Positions 51,268-60,307 of a DNA stretch of 64,000 nucleotides are shown piece by piece. The translations under genes and the position numbers were made by a program. The stretch is from the NCBI GenBank assembly GCA_964291625.2, contig OZ220089.1:4128001-4192000 (forward strand). Direction: 5' to 3'. Every line of letters begins with the position of its first letter. Positions within the stretch are counted from its first letter, which is position 1. Below the pieces are notes generated by a model. That model did no database searches and was not told where the DNA came from. It saw only the letters and a list, made by a program, of their open reading frames with translations. Source of the stretch: Candidatus Latescibacterota bacterium (GTDB lineage: Bacteria; Latescibacterota; UBA2968; UBA8231).

Positions 51268-51441
51268 CGCTTTTCGCGGGGGGCAGCCTCGCCGGAGCGC
51301 TGCCGGCCGGCTGCGCAAGTGTAGGACCCGGCCGCCTCCGGGGACAACGCCGGCCGACCCGGGCTCGCCCGCCCTGCGACGGCGACGGCACGCGGCGTCG
51401 GACCCGCACTGGTTCGCTGCTTGCGGCGGCGTGCGGCGTGC

Positions 51442-51662
51442 CCCGCGCTGCTTGCGGCGCCGGCGGACAGCGCCCGCCGGACCTGCTCTCCGGCCTGCGG
51501 CGGCCACCACCGCGGCAACGGCCGCCGGCCGGGCTCCGCCCGGCTTGCGGCGCATCCGTGGCCTGTGGCGGCGGCCGGGGCGTCGACCCGCGCTGCTTGC
51601 GGCGCCGGCGGACAGCGCCCGCCGGACCTGCTCTCCGGCCTGCGGCGGCCACCACCGCGGCA
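51442..51662. repeat. 76-bp perfect direct repeat (two copies, period 145 bp) in an intergenic region
   Basis: 51442-51517 is identical to 51587-51662; imperfect similarity continues about 35 bp further. Confidence 0.9.
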
Positions 51663-51763
51663 CCGCCCGCCGGCCGGGTCCCGCCCGGCCTGTGGCGGCG
51701 GCCCGGCGGCGCAGACCTGCGCGGCTTGCAGCGTCGGCGGACAGGGCACGAGGTTTCCCCCCC

Positions 51764-52891
51764 ATGGACCTCATCGCTCCCACTCATACCGTCGAGGTGC
51801 CCGGCTGGGTGACCTACCCGGAGGAGGACTGGCAGACGGTCACGCCGGAGCAGGCCGGCCTCGACCCGGAGGGGTTCGGCCGCTGGCTGGCCGGGCTCGA
51901 GGTGCGCGGCGCCCGCTTCGGGGGCGAGGACCACGGCGGCGACCGCTACGGCGCCGTCCTGACCCGCGGCGGCTGCCTCGTGCACGCCTGGGGGGACCGC
52001 CACTACCGGCACCAGACCGCCTCCGTGGGCAAGGCCCTCACCTGGGCGGTCCTGGGCGCGGCGGCGGCCGACGGGCTCCTCGACCCGGACGAGCCGATCC
52101 ACCGGACCTGGACCGGCGAGGGCGAGCTCTCCCATCCGCACAAGTACCTCACCGCCGGCCACCACGAGCGGCTGACCTGGCGCCACTTGGTGGGCCGGCG
52201 GGACGAGAGCGTGCACTGGGGCGGGTTCCCCTTCGAGATCGGCATCCGCTGGCGCCAGAAGCGCACCGGCCTGGAGGAGGCCGACGCGGTCCCCGGCGTG
52301 CCCGCGTGGGCCCGGTGGACGGGGGACCCCTTCTTCGACTGCTACTCCCACGCCGAGCCGGGCACCGTCGGCCTCTACAGCAGCGCCGGCTTCTGGCGCC
52401 TGGGGCAGGCCCTGACCGCGGCCTGGGGCCGCGACCTGAAGGACGTGGTGCAGGAGCGGCTCTTCGACGCCATCGGCATCCCCGCCGGGAGCTGGGACTG
52501 GCTGCCGGGAGGCGAGGTCAAGGACCGCAGGTTCCTCTACCCGACGATCCCGGACAGCTACACCTACCTCGACCCGCCGTACGAGATCGGCGGCCAGGTC
52601 GTCCGCAGCGGACCCGGGTGGGTGGTGATCAGCGCTTCCGACCTGGCCCGCTTCGGGCACCTCAACGCCACCCGCGGCCTCTGGAAGGGCGAGCGGATCA
52701 TCGACGCCGACTGGCTGCGCGGGCACAGCGGCGGCAACCGCAGCGGCGCCAGCGGCGAGAGCGGACAGTTCACCGCCCTCGGCGTGGTCACCACCGAGGG
52801 GCTGCCCGAGCACCGGCACGCCGTCGAGACCGCCAGCATCCTGCCCGGCGAGCTCTTCACCGGGCCCGTCAGGCCTCCGGCGCGGTCCTGA
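51764..52891 (+). CDS. Serine hydrolase, beta-lactamase/AmpC-like fold
   Basis: TPEQAGLD, SVGK (SxxK), EPG..YSS, ISASDLARFG. Confidence 0.8.
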   Translation: MDLIAPTHTVEVPGWVTYPEEDWQTVTPEQAGLDPEGFGRWLAGLEVRGARFGGEDHGGDRYGAVLTRGGCLVHAWGDRHYRHQTASVGKALTWAVLGAAAADGLLDPDEPIHRTWTGEGELSHPHKYLTAGHHERLTWRHLVGRRDESVHWGGFPFEIGIRWRQKRTGLEEADAVPGVPAWARWTGDPFFDCYSHAEPGTVGLYSSAGFWRLGQALTAAWGRDLKDVVQERLFDAIGIPAGSWDWLPGGEVKDRRFLYPTIPDSYTYLDPPYEIGGQVVRSGPGWVVISASDLARFGHLNATRGLWKGERIIDADWLRGHSGGNRSGASGESGQFTALGVVTTEGLPEHRHAVETASILPGELFTGPVRPPARS

Positions 52892-53957
52892 ACTCCTCGA
52901 GGAAGGCCTCGTCGAAGTCGAGACCGAGGCCGGGGCGCTCGGTCATCTCCACCTCTCCATCGGTCACCGCGAAGGGCGGGTCGTAGAGCCGCGACCAGAT
53001 CTGGTAGGGCTCGGTGTGGGGGCAGGCGGGGATGATCAGGCCGTTGGGCACGGCCGCCACGAGGTGGCAGTTGATCTCGGGGAAGCTGGCCCCGTGGGGG
53101 GCGACGTGGGCGTGGTGCGACTCGGCCACGGCGGCGATCCGCATGAGCCCGGTGACCCCGCCCCCGATGAGGATGTCGCTCTGGGCGACCTGCAGCCCCC
53201 CCTCGACGATGAGGCGGCGGATCCCGTAGATCGTGCCCTCGCCCTCGCCGCCGGCCAGCAGGGCGGGGCCGGCCGCCTCGCGCACCATGCGCAGGTGCCC
53301 GGGCTCGTCGTCGCCGCGGACCGGCTCCTCGATCCAGTAGAGGTCGTACGGGGCGAAGGCCCGGGCCATGCGCGCCGCCACGTGGCCGTCCCACAGGCGG
53401 CGCCCGTCGATCATCAGGCGGCGGTCCGGGCCCAGGGCCCGCCGGGAGGCCTCGACCTTGGCCAGGGCGACCTCGGGATCCGGGCCGGTGAGGTGGAACT
53501 TGACGGCCCGGTACCCCAGGGCGGCGTGCCTCGCCACCAGCTCCGCCACCTCGGCGGCGTCGGCGTCGGCATAGCCGATGCCGTCGGCGTAGGCCGGCAC
53601 GCGGGAGCGGCAGCCGCCGAGGAGGCGCCACACCGGCTCGCCGCAGGCCTTGCCGTAGAGGTCCCACAGGGCCACGTCGAGGGCGCCGATGCTGCTCATG
53701 GCGGCGCGCCCCGGGCCGCCGGGTCCCCAGGCCGCGTCGTACATCCTCTGCCAGAGCCGCGCCGTGCAACGCGGGTCCTCGCCCACCAGCAGGGGCGCCA
53801 GGTGCCGCTCGATCAGCTCGCGGCTGCCGCCCCGGCCGATGCCGACGAGGCCGCCGCCGGCGTGGACGCGGTGCACGGTCCAGGCCCGGGTGGCGCCGCT
53901 TCCGGGCGGCCCCCAGGGCAGCTCCAGCACGATCGTCTCGATCCTCTCGATGCGCAT
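52869..53957 (-). CDS. Mandelate racemase/muconate lactonizing enzyme family protein
   Basis: ALDVALWDL, KFH, MID, WIEEP, GGE, APH, PGLG. Confidence 0.92.
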   Translation of the reverse strand: MRIERIETIVLELPWGPPGSGATRAWTVHRVHAGGGLVGIGRGGSRELIERHLAPLLVGEDPRCTARLWQRMYDAAWGPGGPGRAAMSSIGALDVALWDLYGKACGEPVWRLLGGCRSRVPAYADGIGYADADAAEVAELVARHAALGYRAVKFHLTGPDPEVALAKVEASRRALGPDRRLMIDGRRLWDGHVAARMARAFAPYDLYWIEEPVRGDDEPGHLRMVREAAGPALLAGGEGEGTIYGIRRLIVEGGLQVAQSDILIGGGVTGLMRIAAVAESHHAHVAPHGASFPEINCHLVAAVPNGLIIPACPHTEPYQIWSRLYDPPFAVTDGEVEMTERPGLGLDFDEAFLEEFRTAPEA

Positions 53958-53977
53958 GGTTCCCTCCTTCGGCCGGG

Positions 53978-55141
53978 CTAGCCGTCCCCGGCGGGCGCCG
54001 GGTCGATCTGCCGGTGGAAGAGCTTCTCCCCCTCCCGGATGGTCATGATCACCACGCTCTTGGATGGGTGGCGGTTGTCGTCGTACCCGGCGATCCGCGT
54101 GGCGCCCGCGTAGCCCTCTGTGGCCGCCAGCTGGGCCCGGATCGCCTCCGGGTCGAGGCGGCCGGCGCGTTCCACGGCCTGCGCCAGGAGCCGGACGGCG
54201 TCGTAGCTCACGGCGTCGCCGCCGGTGGGCGGGATGCCGTACCGGGAGCGGTAGGCGTCGACGAAGGCGCGGGCCCCCGGCGAGTCCGCATCCGGAGAGA
54301 AGTGGGTGCTGAAGAAGCTGCCCTCCAGCTCTTCGGCTTCACCGGCGAGCAGCTCGGGATGATCCCAGGCATCGGCGCCGAGGAAGCGCACGGGCTCACC
54401 CGCCGGGTCGACCAGCGGCAGGGCCCGGGCCTGCCGCGTCACGAGGGCGATCTCCTCCACGAACCCGGAGACGAAGACGGCTTCCGGCTCCGCCTCGGCC
54501 AGGCGGCCCAGAACCTCCGTGAAGTCGGTCTCCCCGCGGTCGAAGAACACCTCCGCCGCCACCGTCCCGCCGGAACCGCGGAAGCCGGCGACGAAGAACT
54601 CGGAGACGCCTTCGGTGTAGACCTCGCCGCCCATGGTCAGGACCGCCACCCGGTCCAGGCCGAGCTCCTCACGCGCAAAGCGCGCCATGGCGCCCCCCTG
54701 GAAGAGATCGGTGAAGGCCGCCATGAAGATGTAGTCGCCGGCCTTTGTCACGTCCGGGTTCGTGGCGGAGGTCGTGATCATCGGCAGGCCGCGGCGCTGG
54801 GCCGTCTCTCCCACGACCACCGCGTGGGAGGACCGGTTGGGTCCGACGAGGGCGATCACCTCGTGGGCGAGGATCATCTCCTCCGCGGCCTGCACGGAGG
54901 CCTCGGGCTCTTCCATCCCCGACCGGGCGACGAGCTCCACGGTCCGGCCGAGCAGGCCCCCGGCCTCGTTGATCCCGTCCACCGCGATGCCGGCGGCGTC
55001 CACATAGCTGCCGCGGTCTCCCGCGGCGAGGAAGCCGATCCTGACGGTGCTCTCCGGTCCGGCCGCGTCGCGGCCCCGGTCGCAGCCCGGCAGGGCCGCC
55101 GCCGGGAGGAGGAGAGCGGTGATCCACAGCATGGTCTGCAT
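53978..55141 (-). CDS. Branched-chain amino acid-type (LivJ-like) substrate-binding lipoprotein
   Basis: GGAGG RBS, lipobox LPGC, INEAGGLLGR, SATNPDVT, YDAVRLL. Confidence 0.88.
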   Translation of the reverse strand: MQTMLWITALLLPAAALPGCDRGRDAAGPESTVRIGFLAAGDRGSYVDAAGIAVDGINEAGGLLGRTVELVARSGMEEPEASVQAAEEMILAHEVIALVGPNRSSHAVVVGETAQRRGLPMITTSATNPDVTKAGDYIFMAAFTDLFQGGAMARFAREELGLDRVAVLTMGGEVYTEGVSEFFVAGFRGSGGTVAAEVFFDRGETDFTEVLGRLAEAEPEAVFVSGFVEEIALVTRQARALPLVDPAGEPVRFLGADAWDHPELLAGEAEELEGSFFSTHFSPDADSPGARAFVDAYRSRYGIPPTGGDAVSYDAVRLLAQAVERAGRLDPEAIRAQLAATEGYAGATRIAGYDDNRHPSKSVVIMTIREGEKLFHRQIDPAPAGDG

Positions 55142-55282
55142 CCGGATCCTCCTGAAGGTGATCGAAAGATACGGCGGCGCCGGGGTTCCCGGTGCGCCGG
55201 CGATCCTTGACCACCGCAGGGGCAGCCCCTTTCGTGGTACGATGGTTGCTCGCCCCGCTCCATCCTTCCCCTGGAGGCCCAG

Positions 55283-57019
55283 ATGACCCCCGGCCATCGC
55301 AAGTTCCTCATCTTCGCCGCCGCCCTGGTCGTGTCCTGGATCGTGGGCGTCAACGTGCCGGCCACCTGGATGGTGGAGCAGGTGGCCCTGGACGCCAAGA
55401 CCGACGCCGACGGCCGGCTCTACTACATCTTCAAGAAGCAGCCCGCCTACTTCGAGGCCGTCCCCCTCGAACAGGCCGTGCTCAACCCCGCCCGCGTCGA
55501 CGGCTCGAGGGAGGAGCCCGCGGTCAGGGAGGAGTTCGTCTCCGTCGAGACGCTGGTGGATGGCGAGGCCCGGACCCTCTACTACCAGCACCTGGCCAAG
55601 CACCACTGGGGCTTCTGGTCCCTGCTGCCGGCGGTGGTCGCCGTGCTCCTCTGCTGGCTCACCCGGGAGCCGGTCCCCTCCCTGCTGGGGGGCATCGTCG
55701 CCGGCGCCCTGCTGCTGACCCGCTACGACTTCACCGGGGACGTGCTCATCCCCTCCCTGGCCTCGACCAACGCCGCCGGGGTCCTGCTGCTCTACCTGTG
55801 GCTGCTGGGCGGCCTCATGGGCATCTGGTCGCGCACCGGCGCGGCCCAGGCCTTCGCCGAGTTCATGACCGTGCGCTTCGTCCGCGGCCCCCGCAGCGCC
55901 AAGCTCGTGTCGTGGATGCTCGGCGTCGTCTTCTTCCAGGGCGGAACCGTGAGCACCGTCCTCGTGGGCACCACGGTCAAGCCGATCGCCGACAAGGAGA
56001 AGGTCAGCCACGAGGAGCTGGCCTACATCGTCGACTCCACCGCCTCTCCCATCGCCTCCCAGCTCGCCTTCAACGCCTGGCCCGGGTACATCCAGGCTTT
56101 CATCTTCGTCTCCGGCGTCAGCTTCCTGGCCACCGAGAGCGACCGGCTCGGCTTCTTCTTCCAGAGCGTTCCCTTCTGCTTCTACGCCATCTTCGCGGTC
56201 CTGGGGACCTTCCTCCTCAGCATCGAGAAGCCCTACTTCCTCGGCGGGCGGCTCAGGGCCGCCATGGAGCGCTCCCGGCAGACCGGCCAGCTGGACGCCG
56301 AGGGCGCCGCCCCCCTGAGCGCCAAGGAGCTGCAGGGGAGCAACGTTCCCGAGGGCTACAAGCCGCACATCCTCGAGTTCTTCCTGCCCCTGGGCTCGCT
56401 CATCGCCATCGCCGTGGGCACCTTCATCGCCTCGGGATCCCCCAACGTGCAGTGGGCCTTCGGCTTCGCCCTGCTGCTGGCCGCAAGCATGGCCCTGGCC
56501 AAGGGCATGTCGCTCAAGGACCTGGTCGCCGGTTTCCACGACGGCCTCAAGGGCGTCGTCCTCGGCTCGGTGATCCTGCTGCTGGCCATCACCATCGGCG
56601 GCATCAGCAAGGAGACGGGCGGCGGCGTCTTCCTCGTCGAGCAGCTCGGAGAGGCGATCCCCTACTTCCTCCTGCCCGTCCTGCTGCAGGTCATCACGAT
56701 CGTCATCGCCTTCTCCACGGGCACCAGCTGGGGCACCTACGCCGTCGCCTTCCCCCTGGCCATGCCGCTGGCCTGGGCGGTGGCCGGCGCCCACGGCCTG
56801 GCCCACCCCGAGCTGTTCATGACCCTCTGCTTCGCCGCGGTCATGGACGGCAGCGTCTACGGCGACCAGTGCTCACCGATCTCCGACACCACCGTGCTCA
56901 GCTCGATGTGCACGGGCTGCGACCTGATGGACCACGTCAAGACGCAGATCCCCCAGGCCTCGATGGCCGCCGCCCTCGCGGCCGTCTGCTGGACCGTGGT
57001 CGCCTTCTTCACCGCCTGA
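55283..57019 (+). CDS. Na+/H+ antiporter NhaC family transporter
   Basis: WSLLP, LAYIVDSTASP, FSTGTSWGT, GDQCSPISDTT, DHVKTQ. Confidence 0.9.
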   Translation: MTPGHRKFLIFAAALVVSWIVGVNVPATWMVEQVALDAKTDADGRLYYIFKKQPAYFEAVPLEQAVLNPARVDGSREEPAVREEFVSVETLVDGEARTLYYQHLAKHHWGFWSLLPAVVAVLLCWLTREPVPSLLGGIVAGALLLTRYDFTGDVLIPSLASTNAAGVLLLYLWLLGGLMGIWSRTGAAQAFAEFMTVRFVRGPRSAKLVSWMLGVVFFQGGTVSTVLVGTTVKPIADKEKVSHEELAYIVDSTASPIASQLAFNAWPGYIQAFIFVSGVSFLATESDRLGFFFQSVPFCFYAIFAVLGTFLLSIEKPYFLGGRLRAAMERSRQTGQLDAEGAAPLSAKELQGSNVPEGYKPHILEFFLPLGSLIAIAVGTFIASGSPNVQWAFGFALLLAASMALAKGMSLKDLVAGFHDGLKGVVLGSVILLLAITIGGISKETGGGVFLVEQLGEAIPYFLLPVLLQVITIVIAFSTGTSWGTYAVAFPLAMPLAWAVAGAHGLAHPELFMTLCFAAVMDGSVYGDQCSPISDTTVLSSMCTGCDLMDHVKTQIPQASMAAALAAVCWTVVAFFTA

Positions 57020-57041
57020 CCGCGGCGACCATCGGCCGTCC

Positions 57042-57476
57042 ATGAGCCAGGGCCTGGATCTCGAGCGGCCGGCGGGGGAGTACGATGTCCTGGCGCCGGA
57101 CGGCTCGGAGATCCGGCTGCTGGCCCGCGGCCGCCGCGGCAGCATGGTCCACTGCACCCTGAACCCCGGGCAGGTCTCCCGGCCCGTGGCCCACCGCACC
57201 GTCGAGGAGTTGTGGTACGTCCTGGAGGGAAGGGGGCAGGTGTGGCGCCGCCTCGGCGGGGAGGAGCGGATCGTCGATGTCTCCCCGGGGGCCAGCCTGT
57301 CGATCCCGGTGGGCGCCCACTTCCAGTTCCGGACCGTGGGCGACCGGCCGCTGCGGATCGCCATCGTCACCATGCCGCCCTGGCCGGGGGAGGAGGAGGC
57401 CTGTGGCGTGGAGGGGTGCTGGCCCGTGGGTGGGTCCGGTCCGGCCGGGGCGGGTTCGGCGAGCCCTGGCGGGTAG
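57042..57476 (+). CDS. Cupin domain protein
   Basis: HRTVEELWYVLEG..IPVGAHFQFR..TMPPWPG. Confidence 0.88.
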   Translation: MSQGLDLERPAGEYDVLAPDGSEIRLLARGRRGSMVHCTLNPGQVSRPVAHRTVEELWYVLEGRGQVWRRLGGEERIVDVSPGASLSIPVGAHFQFRTVGDRPLRIAIVTMPPWPGEEEACGVEGCWPVGGSGPAGAGSASPGG

Positions 57477-57566
57477 GTCATCTTCGGCGCCGGCCAGGTA
57501 GATCTCCTGGCGCGTCAGCGCCAGCCAGGGCCCGGGAGGTCGCGGCCCGGGGGTTTCGGCTCTCCT

Positions 57567-58334
57567 ATGGATCAAGCGTTCGAGCAGTACGAGCGGGACG
57601 GCTACTGCATCGCGGACGAGCAGGTCGCGCCGGACGGTGTGCTGGAGAAGGCGCTTCGGGGGATGGCCGCGGTGCGCGACGGGTCGTTCGACACGGGGCT
57701 GCCGCCGACCGCCCATCCCGGGTATGATCCGGCGGTGTTGTGCAAGATCGACAATCCCCACCGGTCGGATACGGGGCTGCATGGACTGGTGACCTGCCCG
57801 CAGGTGGGACGCAAGGTCGCGGCGATGACGGGCTCGCGGCGGGTCCAGGTGTGGGCGAGCCAGTTGCTGATCAAGCCGCCGGGGTCAGAGGCCGCGGGGA
57901 ATGTCGGCTGGCACCAGGACCGGCAGTACTGGCGCATATGGCAGGCGGACGAGGGGCTGTTCACGGCGTGGATCGCCCTGTGCGACGTGGGACCGGAGGC
58001 GGGACCGATGCTCTTCGTGTGCGGGTCCCACCGCTGGGGGTTCCTGGACCGGGGGAACTTCTTCGGCAAGGACCAGCACAAGCTGCGGGAGGAGATCGCC
58101 GTGCCCGCGGGCGAGACCTGGGAGGAGGTGCCGGCCCTGATGCCCATGGGCGGGCTCAGCGTCCACCACTGTCTGACCTACCACGGCTCCAACGCCAATC
58201 TCTCGGACTCGGCGCGCTGGAGCCTGGCCGTGCACCTGCGCGACGAGCGCGCCGTGCCGGTGCCCGGCGACCAGGGCTACTACACCGCGCACCTGGACGA
58301 CCCCCGGATCTGCCCGGTGATGTACGAAGCCTGA
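57567..58334 (+). CDS. PhyH family Fe/2OG dioxygenase
   Basis: WHQD, GSHRWG, TYHGS..N...R. Confidence 0.92.
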   Translation: MDQAFEQYERDGYCIADEQVAPDGVLEKALRGMAAVRDGSFDTGLPPTAHPGYDPAVLCKIDNPHRSDTGLHGLVTCPQVGRKVAAMTGSRRVQVWASQLLIKPPGSEAAGNVGWHQDRQYWRIWQADEGLFTAWIALCDVGPEAGPMLFVCGSHRWGFLDRGNFFGKDQHKLREEIAVPAGETWEEVPALMPMGGLSVHHCLTYHGSNANLSDSARWSLAVHLRDERAVPVPGDQGYYTAHLDDPRICPVMYEA

Positions 58335-58377
58335 GCCGCCATCGGGGGACCCGTCCGAGGCTCCCCGACCCGGAATC

Positions 58378-59202
58378 CTAGCCCGTCCCCAGAAGCAGGT
58401 AGTCGATCGGCTCTTCGGTGAAGACGGCGTTGTGGTCCAGGGCGCAGTCCGGGAAGGCGGACTCGCAGCCCCGGGCGAAGGTCACGGTGCGGCTGCGGTG
58501 GAACCAGCGGATGTTGTGGATCATGGCGATCATGTGGCGCGGGCGGTCGGACCGGTTGGGCACGCCGCGGTGCCAGAGCCGCATGTCCCGCATCAGGACG
58601 CTGCCCTTGCGGGCGTTGCCGCGCACCGGCGGCACCACGGCCCGGCGGGCGGCTTCGGTCTCGGCGTCGGGGACGGACCCCACGTCCGTTATCAGATGCG
58701 TGCCGGGCCACAGCTCGACACTGCCGTTCTCCTCGCTCACGTCATGGGGCGAGACGTTGACCACCACCTGCGCCGCCGGGTGAGCCTGCTCGAGCCCGGG
58801 CCAGAGGTGATCGGAATCGCGGTGCAGCGGCTGGGTGCCGCTTCCGGGACAGTTGCTGTTGCCATTGTAGAAGTTGTTGAAGAAACCGTCGCCGAGCAGG
58901 GCGTGGCTGACCTGGATCACGAAGGGATTGGCCACGATGTCGCGGTGGACGAAGGGCGCGAAGGGCGGCGCCCCCTGCTGCAGGTGTCCGGGGAGCCCCC
59001 CGGCGCCGCCCCACCGTTCGGCGGCGATGAGCCGCTGGGAGTCCTGGTCCATCCGTTCCCGCAGTTGGTCCAGATGGTCGTGGGCGATGATCTCCTCGAG
59101 GACCACGTATCCGTCGTTCCGGATCGCGGCCACCGCCCGGTCCAGGTGCGCCGCCGACAGGGCTTCCGCCGAGCGTTCCCGGGCGCTGAGCGTTATCTCC
59201 AT
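58378..59202 (-). CDS. PhyH family Fe/2OG dioxygenase
   Basis: QPLHRD, WPGTH, WHRGVPN..R. Confidence 0.92.
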   Translation of the reverse strand: MEITLSARERSAEALSAAHLDRAVAAIRNDGYVVLEEIIAHDHLDQLRERMDQDSQRLIAAERWGGAGGLPGHLQQGAPPFAPFVHRDIVANPFVIQVSHALLGDGFFNNFYNGNSNCPGSGTQPLHRDSDHLWPGLEQAHPAAQVVVNVSPHDVSEENGSVELWPGTHLITDVGSVPDAETEAARRAVVPPVRGNARKGSVLMRDMRLWHRGVPNRSDRPRHMIAMIHNIRWFHRSRTVTFARGCESAFPDCALDHNAVFTEEPIDYLLLGTG

Positions 59203-59218
59203 GAGTGCCTGACTCCTT

Positions 59219-60211
59219 TCAGTCCAGCGGGTAGCTGACGGTACGCCCCTCGCGATGGGCGCGGTAGGCGCCCTCCATCAGCTCGGTGAGTTGAATGCCC
59301 TCGGTGAGGCCGTAGTCGATGGGGCCGCCGCCGGCGATGGCGTCGATCCACTGCGTGACCGGATGCACCAGCGGCTCCTGCAGGCTCTCCGGCTCCACCC
59401 AGTCGTCGCTGCCAGACCACTTCGGGGCCTGAACGCGCGTCTTCCCATCCGGCCCGCCGGTGACGTAGTTGCCCTCGGTCCCGTTGATCTCCAGGTAGAA
59501 CACCCCTCCATGCTGCACGAAGCTGGTCTCGTTGATGGCGATCCCCTGATTCGCGAAGGTGATCACCGACAGGGTATTGTCCTCCACGGCACGTCCGGTG
59601 ATGTGGTTGAAGGTTGAAGCGATCTGCCGGGGCTCGCCCAGCAGCCAGCGCGCGATGTACATGCCGTGGGCCCCCAGGTCGATCATCGCTCCGCCGCCGC
59701 AGGCGACGGGATCGTAGAAGTGCGGCGGCAGCCAGCCGGCCACGGAGCCGCCGTGGGCGACCCGGATGCGTAGCAGGGTGACCTGTCCCAGGTGCCCGCC
59801 CGCAATCAGCTGTCCGGCGAGCTGGACCTCGGGCAGCCCCCGCCGCGGGAAGGAGATGCAGAACTCGACGCCCGCCCGGGTCACCGCGTCGGCGATGGCC
59901 CGGCACTCCCGGACCGTGGCGGCCATGACCTTCTCGGTGAAGATGTGCTTGCCGGCCCGGGCGGCTCTGATCATCACCTCGGGATGCATGTTGGTCGGCG
60001 CGTCGACGGCCACCGCGTCGATGTCGTCCCGCGCCAGCAGGCGGTCCAGGTCGGCCTCGAAGTCGACCCCCAGCTCGCCGGCCCAACTCCGGCCGCGTTC
60101 GGGCTCCTCATCCCAGACGGCGACCACCTCCGCCCGCTCCTCGTCGTTGATGCGCGAGGCATACTCGTCGGCATGGACATGCCAGCGGCTCAACATGGCT
60201 ACCCTGACCAT
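59219..60211 (-). CDS. Gfo/Idh/MocA family oxidoreductase
   Basis: WHVHA, GKHIFTEK, GGAMIDLGAH. Confidence 0.92.
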   Translation of the reverse strand: MVRVAMLSRWHVHADEYASRINDEERAEVVAVWDEEPERGRSWAGELGVDFEADLDRLLARDDIDAVAVDAPTNMHPEVMIRAARAGKHIFTEKVMAATVRECRAIADAVTRAGVEFCISFPRRGLPEVQLAGQLIAGGHLGQVTLLRIRVAHGGSVAGWLPPHFYDPVACGGGAMIDLGAHGMYIARWLLGEPRQIASTFNHITGRAVEDNTLSVITFANQGIAINETSFVQHGGVFYLEINGTEGNYVTGGPDGKTRVQAPKWSGSDDWVEPESLQEPLVHPVTQWIDAIAGGGPIDYGLTEGIQLTELMEGAYRAHREGRTVSYPLD

Positions 60212-60307
60212 TCGCCCTCCTTCGGGGTGTCGATGATGATTGCAGCCGTGCATTATACTCTCGCCCCCCAACCTGGACCATGATCACCGCCGATGGAGAG
60301 GACAGGC

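Noticed and set aside
51410-51735. CRISPR array
   Set aside because: Units are short and irregularly spaced, the intervening sequences are themselves duplicated, and no cas genes are present
48845-52819. 1324-aa ORF suggesting a giant fusion with the TPP enzyme
   Set aside because: The upstream part is an alternative frame over the PhyH gene, the repeat region and the antisense of the serine hydrolase; the real start is 50473
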